Positions 22,453 through 34,748 of a DNA stretch of 64,000 nucleotides are shown piece by piece. Positions within the stretch are counted from its first letter, which is position 1. Each line of letters begins with the position of its first letter. Source of the DNA: Takakia lepidozioides. Lineage: Eukaryota; Plantae; Bryophyta. A program made the translations under genes and the position numbers. Location: the NCBI GenBank assembly GCA_030704615.1, contig CM060733.1:32178001-32242000 (forward strand), in the 5' to 3' direction. The notes beneath the pieces are model-generated. The model ran no database searches and was not told the origin of the DNA. It saw nothing but the letters and a program-made list of their open reading frames with translations.

Positions 22453-25205
22453 TAAAGTTCTCCCTCTCTTTCTCCTCGCTCATCTCCTCTCTGCTCGCGC
22501 GTCGGCGCTGTCGCGCCGCTTCCACCTTCCACCATGCACTCGTCCAAACGTCAAAGGACGATAGATGAGAAGGGGGACTCGGCCTTACCCTCGCCTCACC
22601 CAAGTTCTCATTTACTTCTACCTTCTAGCCCGACCTCTCAACATTCTTCTCCTCTGCGACAGTACTCCACGAGGAGTGCCGATATCCAAATTGTACGGGA
22701 TCAAGTAGCTACCCTACAATCTCGTTGCATCTTTGAGGAGGTGCTGCAGCAGCTGCTCGATGCACGAGATAAAGACGTCGGCTTGCAGCCAAGGATAAGG
22801 ATGTCGAGAAATTGTGTGCAGCTCGGGACAAAGCTGTGGAGAGCCTGCAAGCTGAAGTATTATCTGTCTTGCGTGCAGCTCGGGACAGAGCTTTGGAGAG
22901 CCTGCAAGCTAAAATGTCTGTCTTGCGAGCCTATCCCTTACAGAGCAATACCAAGGTGGAGAATTTGTTGAAACAACTCAATACCAAAGCAACTTGCACG
23001 CGTATCTCTAAACTGGAGGGGAAATGAGGACCTTAATAGAAAGAGACACTTCCAGTGCACCCATCCACCAACAGATGGAAACTCTTAATAAAGAGCTGGA
23101 AACCCATAAGGCGGAGACTTCTTCAATGGCCCGAGAACTCCAAGCTCATAAGGCAGAGGCTTCTTCTCGGGCTAACATAGTCAAGGGAAGCACATAACCA
23201 TCCAACAACACTTCCCGCTCTTTAGAAGAGACAGTATCGGCTATCTTGCGGGAGGAACAACAACGGGCTTTACAAAGCCCCTAACATTTGGGTCACTGGG
23301 AAGTTGGGGAACCTGGCAGAGGGTGAGCCCCTTGAAGCGGCAACCACCCTCATCCAGTAAAACCTAGCTCTGCCACGAGGAGCGAGTGAAATTGAATGGG
23401 TTTGGCGTGCAGTAACTTCGAAGCACAAAGTCCGGTTCATTAGATTTAAAAGACAGGGGTGCCAGGGAGAGAGTTCTCCGCTAGAGGCCTCAATTGAGAG
23501 GACATGGCATCTTCTTGAATGATGATCTGACCCCCATGCAATACAATTAATGTCATGCGGGCTCAACTCGAGCAGGTCAACCAAGCTCGAGCACAAGGAC
23601 ATTACGCGGTATACCGAGATGGGAAGGTAATTGTTAGACAACAAGAGCGTTGTGCCTCTACCTCTAAATAGGGGTCGGGGCCCCATGAGACCACCACACG
23701 CTCACATCTAAACATTGGCTCATGGAACTGCAATGGCTCGTTGTGGAACCATCTGCAAGGGCTCTTGGATATCCTTTCAAAGAGTGATATTCTTTTTCTC
23801 TTGGAAACTCATGTGTATAAAGGAAAGGATCCCCCTTTTATTCTTGGTTATAGCTTCCAGTCAGTGACCCCTCCACGCAGGTCTCAAAGGCTCTGGTGGG
23901 GTTGCTTGTTACTTTGCTGATTGGCTTTTCCCATATGTTTGTTATCCATACAAAGATCCATTGGCAAGGTACATTTGGTGTCACATCAAAGGCTACAACC
24001 CTCAATCAAACATTTGGTTTCACATGCGTACAGATTCACCGTATGTTCCCTTGGAAGCGGATTTCTCCCGTCTCTGTACCCCACACACAAACATCTTTTT
24101 GGTTGGAGACTTCAACGCCCCCACAGGCTCACTACAGGCCCCAACTTTCGACCCCACGGACCCTCTGGACATCCAACACTCACACATGGTCTTGGAGAGG
24201 CAAAGCGCGGATATCTCTAGTGAAATTACAAACTATGATCACCATCTACTCAAGTTCTGTGAGATTTAGGGGTTTGTCATCTACAATGGCACGACCAATT
24301 TCAAATCCTCTAGTCATTTCACCTGCCACACGTACAAGGGACAGGGCGTCGTCGACTATCTCTTGGGGAGCCCCAACACAACTCATAGGGTTAGTTCTTT
24401 CTACATCATGAGGTACCCAGATTCTGATCACTCTTGCCTTTCCTTTGCATTTCCTTCCATCTCCTCCCCTGTGAGGGGCTCCTCCACTTCTCTCCTTTCA
24501 CACCCTCGTATTCACTTCAATACCCCCTTCTCTCACTTACACAACGCTAATTATGAAACCTACCTAGCTTCAATCCTCCTCTCCATCTTTGCTCGACCAT
24601 CTATTGATGACAATGCTACCCCATCTAACATACACTATGTGGGACTCAGCCTTGTGTTCCTTTCCAGTCACCCTCCCATCTAGCTCCTCACCCCTCTCCA
24701 CTCGTAGATATGACCTTTCTATGACGAAGAATGCAAAGTGGCTAGACATCACATCAAATCTCTACTCCTAGATATCCATTCCTCTCCACATTCCAAAAAC
24801 CTTGCTCTCAAGCACTATAAGTTCCTCATTAGATCCAAAAAGAGAGCCTACACTCTCAAGCTACAATCTACTGTCCTTGCAAAAGTCAGATTTTCTCGTT
24901 CTTTTTTGTCCTTCCTTAAACCTCACAGAGACCCACTTGCGATCACTGATATTCACGTATGGCATGAGTATGCCCAGTCATTGTATCATTCCCCAAACCA
25001 AACTCCCTCTCCCATAACCTCTAAACCCCTACACTTCTCTCTCTTTACTATAACCAACGTCAGCAAGGCAATCAAGAAGCTGCAAAATGGCAGGGCATTG
25101 ACCACGCAACACCCACTTTGGCCTCATTTATAGCTCACCTCTTCAATGAGGCAGCGCAACATGGCTTTCCAACAGAGGGGACAAAGAGCATCATCCACCC
25201 CTCTT
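22447..25205 (+). mobile_element. LINE family 2, decayed 5' portion (ORF1 + APE + start of RT)
   Basis: ORF1 has a 57-bp tandemly repeated coiled coil (22817-22930) and a GIFLNDDLTP motif. ORF2 has IGSWNCNG, DILFLLETH, LVGDFNA, VVDYLLG and SDH. It starts immediately after (TC)15 at 22417-22446. Confidence 0.88.
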
Positions 25206-25227
25206 CAAGAGCGGTGACACGGTCGCA

Positions 25228-25347
25228 CAAAGTGCTGGGTCTCAGTAAAATTTTCCACTGCAGAGGGATCAACTTTGAGGTAAAAAAAACCATGCTTTGT
25301 CGCGTTATTAGACCTGCTTCTGCAATATGGGTTGATAACTCCAACCA
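25228..25347 (+). mobile_element. LINE family 1 internal fragment
   Basis: KVLGLSKIFHCRGINFEVKKTMLCRVIRPA…SAIWVDNSN matches the 43-44 kb copy. Confidence 0.85.
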
Positions 25348-27431
25348 TACTGTCCTGAATGGAGCTTGAGTAGAGTATTTTGGTACGCGAGTCACTACCT
25401 TATAATAGCCATTGGGATATCTGATTGTCCGGGACTCATTTCTGCCACCGGAGCTGTGCATCATGTTCTTCTTTTGACAAAGTTGCAACTGTATGCTACT
25501 TTGATGAAAGACCATTCCATCTCTGATGTAGATGGCTGTGGCCTCTCCCCTAGTACCCTCAATGCCACATGCTCAGCTCTGATTGCTCTTCTTAAAGCAC
25601 CTTGTTGTTCCAGCACTCCATCAATTATTAAGATGCATTGTGACAAGTGACATCATATGTGTAAAAAATGGCACTTCAAGGTACATTTGGTGCCTGATAG
25701 GCCCCAAGCTAACATGATTGAATATACAAAGACACTCAATCTCAGTTTCTTTTGCACATTGTCCCACTTTACTCACTCCAAAATTACTAAGTTTGACCAG
25801 ATATCAGTGTGTGAAACAAAAAGAGGGTGACTCCTCTTACTGTTCAGAAAACTGATAGTCACTGGTATGGTGGGTGAGGACTTGAGGACCTTCAAGCTAT
25901 GAATCAGCTACCTCAGACAATGGAAAACATATTACAAGGCCTCATAGACAAAAAACACGGCCATGAACGAGCAGTTACGACATGGGGTCGAGCACAATGG
26001 GTTGAAGTATTTGGAATGTAGAAGATGAAGAAACAGTTCAAACCATCTTTAAAACCTTCACTCTGATTCTTCAAGATGAATGCCCAGCAAGTAGAGCTCA
26101 GTTTCCTGCCAGACCTGTAGCAAACCGGCCGTGGCCTACGTAGCTAAGGTTTGGGGACAACTTCCAGAAACTTGGGGATCATAGACCGACACTCTGCTGT
26201 TGTGGAAAGGTAATGTCGGTTTGAAGTGATGGTATTAGTGGGCTTGATTGTGATATGTATAGATATGATGTGAGCTTAATCTGCTTAGTTTTTGCCTCAG
26301 CATTCAGATTCTGCTTTGCAGGCAGTTCTCTCGCAGCTTCTACTCCTTCCCTCTTTAGGGATCATTTTTTGGGGGGCTGATTTTCTGTGTTTGCATTGTG
26401 CTTCTCTGCCTACAGCCTGCTAGCCAAGGTTATGATGACCAAGGGCCAAATTCCACTTCCTTTGCTTGCCAAGGGACCAAATCTATAACCTTTGTTTCAC
26501 AATTTAATGCAAGCCAGATGGATATGATGAAATTCCATCAACATGATTGTGCATGTTTGTGAAGCTAAGATTTGGTGCCTCAGTACTACCTTCAGCTATC
26601 TATTTTCTGATGCTTCTCAGATGCTTCTCTACTTCCATAAGATCACCACAACTCTTTGGCAAAATACCACATCACCTCCTGATAGAGGAAACTAGTGACA
26701 CTCTTAAAAACTGAATTTGCTTCATGGCGGGGGCCTACAAACCATCTCAAAGCTCAAATCCACTAACTCTAGACAAGTTACAATCGAGCTCCACTCCATT
26801 CCCTAAAGTTGACAACTCATTGCATGGATGACAGCACAAAACCCCTCCCCCACCTCCTCACAGATCACTGGGAACAGAAAGTCAAAACTTGCAGATTTCT
26901 GTTGAAAAAAACTATTCCAGTGCCACCCATCTTTGTCACACTTCCATACCTAAAGCCTGCCCATTCGATGGTGGTTCTTGTTTCCTGACTCAAAACAAAA
27001 CTTGACTTACAAAATAACTTAAAACATCAGAACCACTATCTGACTAACCTCCAAAGTTGAGAAAGATATAATGCTAATTCATGCTACCTATAAATGTAGA
27101 CTTATAACATGCTCTTACAGTAGTGCAGGATACTACCCTGCCAGAGCTAGTTGTGGTACTTACGAGACTACCGATGTTAGCCAGAACCAACATGCTATTG
27201 TTTGGTATGGTAATAGTTCAAGAGCTGATGGATATGTGATGTATGCTCCACAATCTACACGACACCACTCATTGTGTTGTGAAAGTGAAAGGTTGCAAAA
27301 CGGCTGGAAACCACAGAACCTGCACAGAGTTGAGCTGGAAAAGAAGAGAAAGACCAAGTCTCTGCTTGTGCCCAAAGGACTTGACTTCCATCTGAAGGTA
27401 ACATGAGGGCAATTTACCTTTCAAGTCCTTC

Positions 27432-30285
27432 CTAGAACTTGTCACCAAGCATGGGATTAGTTGGATTCTTTCCTGAACGGGCATCTGTCCAGGCCTTGGC
27501 TATGGTCTTCTTCATTTCATCGTCCCCCTCTTCATACATGTTCTGCACAAGCACACAATGACTTAAATCTCCACCCGTGTGCAAGAGTAGCAGACAGGAA
27601 TGCTTACAAATTGTGGATCCGGTTTTTAACTTGGAACCTGAACAGCTTCCACATAGACTCTCCAAATTCCATATAAATCTGGCAAGTTATCTGTTGACTG
27701 TGAGCATTGCAGATTGGGATACTCAAGCTGCCAACTGCCATCAGGGTATCCAACTCCGATCAATTCAAAAATTACAGAGAGACACAGAGAGTGGAAAGGC
27801 AGAAATGTGTATAGCAGACACATCACACTGACAAGTCATGTCCACCGGAAAACACAAAGAAATAGCAAATGAATGTTCAGCAGCTAGACATTTCACAGGT
27901 TTAGGGTCAATATTTCCAGTGCAAACACATGAAGAAGACACAGAGGTTAATCATCAGGGTGCCTACATACCTTCATCAAGTCCATGATACCAGCCATGGG
28001 GTCCTTGTCTTTGTCTGCTGAAGGCTTGAACTGCACCAACAAACCCACCAGGTTCATCTCCATATTAGTGAAAAAAATTGCCATAACGAAGATGAATTGA
28101 ATCAAGACTACAAGGAGTTTTTCCTAGAGAGATTACAGCTTACAAAACCTAGTCTTTCTAGATTCCATTGCTTTCATGAGGGACGAGAACTGGCCGATAT
28201 AAAATACCAAAGGTGCATGAATGCTTATTTACAGGAGCTTCCGAAAACTGTAGATCTGGTGGGAATTTCAACACTTCGGCCACTACATGAAGAGAATTAA
28301 CCTACGGATAAGTGATCTTCTCTGGCATTTAACTTTTTAATTCTACATGCTAACAAGTTGCATAAACACAACTCTCTGCCTTTCATTAGGCATCAATATC
28401 TAATATCTAGGAACAACCAGAAATCCAAGATGATTGATTCTTCAGACATGTGGGTCACAGTGTTATGTGGTAGCTCACCCGTTGAAGGACAATAAACATG
28501 TAACTATTCAATGATGCCATGGCTGTGTACAATCAATAGAATTCTACATTCAACCCGAGGCAACCCTGAGGGGCTAGGAGACCGGGGGGATTTTGACAAT
28601 AGAAAGACCTAAAGGATTCAGGACATTGTTTAGCTGCTATGGCGCATCACTGTCCACAAAGAATGTTTATTTTTCATTGGAGATGAAAACCTCAATTCTT
28701 TTGAAGGAATGAACTTTACTTACCCAAATAGACTCAATTGAGAGCAGATGAACCGCTCAACCCATCCTTGGGGCCAGAAGAACGAAAACTGGGTTCCTAA
28801 AGGAAATATCACAGCCTCAAAAAGTATTTCTTATGGACTTCGAGGGAAAACACTTTGGATGTACCTTTTCTTCCTTGTGGTGGAGATCCATCCAGTGACC
28901 GCGATCAGCCTTCTTCAGCAACACCATGATGCGCTTTGGCTTCACTACCACTCTTGATTGCTCTGGTACAATTGATTTGTTCAATCTTGGAACACCACAA
29001 CGGTAGTTTTTACCACCCACATCATGGATCTTCAAATCAAATGACCCTGACTGAAAATCAGTAACAGTGTTGTCTGGAGAAGCACCCTCAAGGGAGATAT
29101 AAATCTGTTTCCCCACCAACACATGCCTTTTTCGGAATTTAGCCCAAAAACTGAGGTTATTCTAATACAACAAAATATTCCTGAATCTGGATAGTAACCA
29201 GCAGAATTGTTAGCTTGCAATATCTGCACAAGGATTTCACAAGCAAATAACATCTGAGAGACTGGACACACTCTCACCTTCACTTTTTCAGAGTCCTGGT
29301 CCCAGCTCAAGGTTGACCATGTAGTGTATCGAACCTCAGGAAGAGCCACCTTCTTTTCCAAAGGAGTAGGTTTGGATTGCTGCTCCTTTATTGAGGCTTG
29401 ATGTGCCTGCTAATCCACAGTCAAACTGTTATCGCCTCTCTGGTGGGTCCATATGATTATTGTACCTTCAAAATTCTTTAGAAACATGCATCAATATCAG
29501 ATGCCACACAGGCTCTGATCCTGATTGGTGCACCAGGTTCACTTCAGCAGAATCTAACGAGCTTAAGTTAAGCCAGGTCAAATTTGGTTTTGTGTACATA
29601 TGTAAGGGCCCAGTAAACTCGAACCTTCCCTGGCAGCATATGGACTTCACTCCGTTCGACCGTTATGATGTTTAGCGCGACTATCAACGGACACGGAATG
29701 TGCGACTCATGCACTACACAAGGTCAATTCAAGCCACCGTTTTCAGCAGCATCCCCCGCCACCCATACTATCACAAGCACATATTGCAAACCAGGTTATA
29801 CTTGTATTTCTAGTAACTTCATCCGAAGGTAATCACTATCAGGGCCGACTCTGGCGTGGCAGCGTTGATGATGACGCAAGAAATCTCTCGTGGTATGCTG
29901 AAGGGGAGTCCCCGCATCCAATACACTCCTAAGTTTCAGCTACTATCAGCTCAAACGTTTTAAGGACCAATTACGATCATCACAGAGTTTATGTTGCTCG
30001 AACCCAACCAAAATAGCATGAAGGGACAAGATAACATAGTTTCAAAATCGATTCCATCTCTACCGCATTATTATTAGCAGAAGTAAACTTCAGGAATATA
30101 GTGGCTCAGATAGAAGCTCACACTTAACAGCTATCCCCATATACACAGAGTATTGCGGGAGACGGGGGAGGTACCTTCTCAAGAGTGCTAATCTCTGAAG
30201 AAAGAAGGGACTGGACGCGCGGCCGCTTAGCATCCGCAAGAAGCCGCCTCAACTCGTCTAGGTCGTCCACCAGGTTCGCAGCCAT
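27432..30285 (-). CDS. CACYBP: Calcyclin-binding protein / Siah-interacting protein (CS + SGS domains), 5 exons, 216 aa
   Basis: Exons 30285-30175, 29406-29278, 29104-28865, 28030-27971 and 27542-27432 are in frame. Protein DLDELRRLLADAKRPRV…SWDQDSEKVKIYISLEG…DPMAGIMDLMKNMYEEGDDEMKKTIAKAW. Confidence 0.95.
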
Positions 30286-31599
30286 ATCCCTCACTCACAC
30301 TGCCGGTGGTCAAAGCTCAAATCAATATGAACTGCTGAGAAGTAACGACCGCGATGCAATATGCCAAGACGAAGAACAACCCCCGCAATCAAATCTTGAG
30401 CTCCTACAACTCCAATCCGTGCCCTATCTTATCGCAAATCCCAGGGAGAAGATGGCGGGAAGGAGAGAAACCGTTGAGCCCCCAAAAGACTCTGGAAACT
30501 TCCAGATCTTCCCATGCCCCATTTATAGCTTCTACAATTAGGGTTATGAGTTATGAGATTCTCTTTTATCATCATCCCAGTAGATGAAAACCCTGAACGC
30601 TCAACCGATGATCCTGTAATCAACAGTACTCTCGCCCTTTCACTAACTTTGAGAATTTTAGTGAGACCCAAACCTTGTACCTCTGTTTGTTGGCCCTGCG
30701 AGAGACTCCCCCATTCTGTCTCGTCTGAAATGCACTTCTTAGTACATTCTCACTGCCAGAAAGTAACCATGGAGTATCTATTAGCATCCGATGCGGCCAC
30801 CGTATACAGATTAGCGCATTTCCTTACGCATCTGAAGAAGCCGCAATCATACCAACAGGTGCGAATAGGATCAAGCAGGTGAAACAGAAATCCTGGAACT
30901 ACATCATGTGGGGAGTGAAAGTGTGAGAGTAAATTTCAGCTACAGCAACAAAAGACAATTGGAAGGGCATTTTCACCCACGCGTGCCATAAGCCAACACT
31001 GGTGCGGCCTGTTATGAAGAGGATCGATAATGGAAGGGCATTTTTGTACCGGTCGTTGTGCTTACAAGGAATCTCGTAGGCCAAAAAGCTTCAATCATGT
31101 ACACGCAAGAAATGGTAATAATCTGTAACCTAGAAAAGCTATCACTTTGCTATCCGAACATAAAGTCTGTGCAAGGATAACGCGTATTTTCTTTTCTCTT
31201 GATCAATTCTGTGTGCCTGTGTAGAATTACGCTTGAAAAATCCTTTAGGCCAGTTTTCTATGTACCCTGATTCTCCTCGCTCGCTACACCGTCCAATAGA
31301 AAGGGAGTCTAAATTTCATGGACTCATTGGTAAGCCATCATTCAATTGTCACATCCCTTGCTTTCCTTGGTATTGACATGTCTTTTGTCCATCTCCATGT
31401 TTAATTAAATTTCCTTCTCCCAAGGATGATTTGAGAAAGCAGTCTTTTATTGCTGTAAGACTACCAGACATGTGTAAATTTTTTGAAGAATAAACCTGGC
31501 ATGGCATCATCAACAGATTATGTCCATTCTCTTCCAATCATAAAGTCATCTTGTGCAGTACTGCAAGTGGACCACTCTAAGTTCTTTTTTCATAGTGAG

Positions 31600-32060
31600 T
31601 CTACCACTGAAAACTATCATACTTGGCATCTTTCCAACACGATCCTCATAGTGGAAGACTTCAGTGAGAGATTGGGTTCCGCGGAGTAGACTGTGGAATC
31701 TCCCACGGATCTCGTAGTATAGAGGGCAATAGAAAAAGAAAGTATTCTTCAGTTTCAATTTCCCGGTTGTGCCCTGTGCAATCTGGACATAGGCGGGTCC
31801 TCCCGTTGCAGGTTTTCCCATCTGCCAGTCTCTATCCGTAGGTTGTGGGAGCCCACCCTGAACTGCCCCAATGCTCTCAGGAGGGAAGGAGATAAAGATG
31901 CCGAAAGGTAATTGGGCCTCAAGATTCTATCATCCCGGAGAACCAAGAATGTCTCTAGATAGAAATGGAGCTTTGTCGTGAGATTGGGTAGCTTTCAAGT
32001 TCTCTGGACATGTAGTTCCATAAGCTCCCTTCTAATCAGTCTGTTGCGATCCTGTTTGGA
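31600..32060 (-). mobile_element. LINE ORF2 C-terminal fragment (possibly family 2)
   Basis: LGQFRVGSHNLRIETGRW…CPDC…ETEEYFLFYCPLYYEIR, read across frameshifts. Confidence 0.8.
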
Positions 32061-32878
32061 TGTGATGTCTACTCCTTCTGGATTCACTGGTAATAATGAA
32101 GCAACAGAGAGTCCATTGTGCTAAAAGAAACTGTCCTCTCGAGCATACCAGGAGTGCTTGAAACCTGCAGTTTTGAGCCTAATAGATGTTGCGAGGGCTC
32201 TTGCCACAAGGAAGTGAGCTTGACACCTGTGGCTATGATGGCCCCAGTCACTCTGTGCTGAAGGGCAATGGTAGAGAGAGAGTGAGACAGAAATCCGAAC
32301 ATGATAAATAGAAAGGAACATGGAACTGTATTCTGATTGAATCTGGGACGATGGTGCATCTTGTTAGACTGGACCATGGTTTCAAACCTTGGCTTGCTTA
32401 AAGTTTCATCCTTCGTTTAAAGCAATGCTTTTGAAGCATCGGCAGTTGTACCTCGGTCTCTGTGTCTATGGTTAAAGCTAGCTGTACTCAGCTGCACACA
32501 CACGTTGTTTTCACAGAAAAGTTCAAGATCACCAGACTTCAGACATAAGCTCACAAAGTAGGTCCTCTGGTTGAGAGTTGGTCGAACCCTCCTTGGGTGA
32601 AAGCAAGGCTAGCTGCCATGACACAAGAACAAAAATGTGCGGATACTCACGATGTCGATGTAATTTGTGGAGCTCCATGTCTAGATCACGGGTATTGTTT
32701 TGATGATGATTCAAGGGTTCCAGCCTATATAGACAGAAGTATACAGTTTATGCACCAAGTAGATCTTCTTGTAATCCTGTTTATTAGTAGGAAGAGGCAG
32801 GTCCCATGTGATGTTCTATAGACGTATCTAGGAGCTTTGATTTGTATTTGGTGACACAGTTGGTATGACTTTTGAGTC

Positions 32879-34748
32879 ATGCAGGACAGCAGAGTTGAAC
32901 CAGGCACAATTGGTTGTGGATGTGAGACCAGCAGCAGGGGGAGCACCTTCAGGATCACCAATACATTTAAAAATGGAGCGAGAGAGGGAGTTAACAAGAA
33001 CTTTTCTGGCACCTGTGCCGATGTGAAGACACTATGTAAGGCAGGACGGCTGAAAGAGGCTCTGCACATGCTAAATGAACAAGGCATTGGGCAACGCTCC
33101 CTTACTTATGTCAGTCTCTTGCAGGAATGCATCAATGTGAAAGACCTAATAAAGGGAAAGCAGGTGCATGCCCACATTATCCAGAGTAGGTTCAAGCCCA
33201 ACATCTTTCTACTCAACACCCTTGTCGACATGTATGCCAAGTGTGGAAGTGTGGTTGATGCACGCCATTCATTTATGTTCTCAATGTCTGCACGAACCTA
33301 GGAGCCCTGGAAAAGGGCAAACAACAACAAAGCCCTTTCAAATTCCTAGTGGTCAGAACCACTCACCACTGCGGGCTGCAATATCTCGAAATTCTTTAAA
33401 CAGTGCCTGGTACTCCGATGCATGTTCAGATGTCAAATGGGATCCAACCGTCACCAACTGAAATCAGGAACTGCATCATATATTGGTACAGATAACGCCC
33501 TCATTAACATGTATGCCAAATGTGGGAGTATGAAGGATGCACACATCTGGTACGGAGGCTTTCAACATGTATGAGCAAATGCAACAGGAAGGGGTTATGC
33601 CCAACAGCATAACATTCATTTGCATTCTCAATGCATGTGCCAGTGTAGGAGACCTGGGAAAGGGCAAAGAGGTCCATGCTGACATAATGAAAGCTGGAAT
33701 TTCTTCGTGTATTGAAGTGGAGAACAGCCTTGTTGACATGTATGCCGAATGTGGGAGCGTAAAAGATGCACGTCAGACAAAATGCCTGAACGAGATGTGG
33801 TCTCATGGAATGCCATGATTACAGGATATGCCCAGCATGGCTATGCTGAAGAGGCTTTCAAGATTTACAAGCAAATGGAATTGGAAGGGGTGACACCCAA
33901 CAGGGTCACATTCGTTTCTGTTGTCAATGCGTGTGCCAGTCTAGGGGCCCTGGAAAAGGGCAAGCGGGTACATGCTGATATTAACAAAGCTGGGGTTGTC
34001 TCATATATTAACTTGGACAATGCCCTTGTTAACATGTATGCCAAATGTGGGAGTGTTCACGATGCACGTCAAGTGTTTGAAAATATGGTTCAGCAAGATA
34101 TGGTCTCATGGAATGCCATAATTGCAGGATATGCTCAGCATGGGTGTAGTACAGAGGCCTTCCAACTATTTGAACAGATGCAGCAGGAAGGCTTGAAGCC
34201 AGATGGTATCACCTCTCAAGTGCGATCACAACCACCCTGCAGCTTATGTGCTGCTATCCAACATCTACGCCGCATCTGGCAGGTGGGATGATAAAGCAAA
34301 GGTGAGAAAATTGATGGAGGACAGAGGTGTGAGAAAGGAGCCAGGACAAAGCTGTATTGAAGTTAACGACCAGGTGCATACATTTGTTGCAGAGGATGAA
34401 ATGCATCCACGAAGCAAAGAAATCCATGCTGAACTGAAGAGATTGTCTGGGCAGATGCAGCGGGCCGGCTATGTGCCTGACACACGATTTGTATTGCATG
34501 ATTTGGAGGTGGAGCAAAAGGAGTTTTCTCTTTGCCACCACAGTGAGAGGCTGGCCATTGCTTTTGGGCTCATCAGCACCCCTGCAGGGACGCCTATCCG
34601 CATCATAAAGAACCTTCGGGTGTGTGGTGACTGCCACACTGCCACCAAGTTCATCTCACAAATTGTCGAGCGGACGGTTGTTGTACGGGATGCTAACCGC
34701 TTTCACCACTTCCAAGATGGGGTTTGTTCTTGTGGGGATTACTGGTGA
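32879..34748 (+). pseudogene. PLS-class PPR-DYW RNA-editing factor with a deletion/frameshift-damaged PPR tract and an intact DYW domain
   Basis: Repeated NxLVxMYAKCGSVxDAR and DVVSWNAMIxGYAQHG motifs are broken by deletions at ~33265, ~33540, ~33778 and ~34213. The terminal ORF 34203-34748 has the PG box, [21 protein letters not shown] and CSCGDYW*. Confidence 0.88.

Noticed and set aside
30769-30858. Possible first exon of the PPR gene (MEYLLASDAA…QQ|GT)
   Set aside because: It could not be joined in frame to downstream PPR sequence with confidence.
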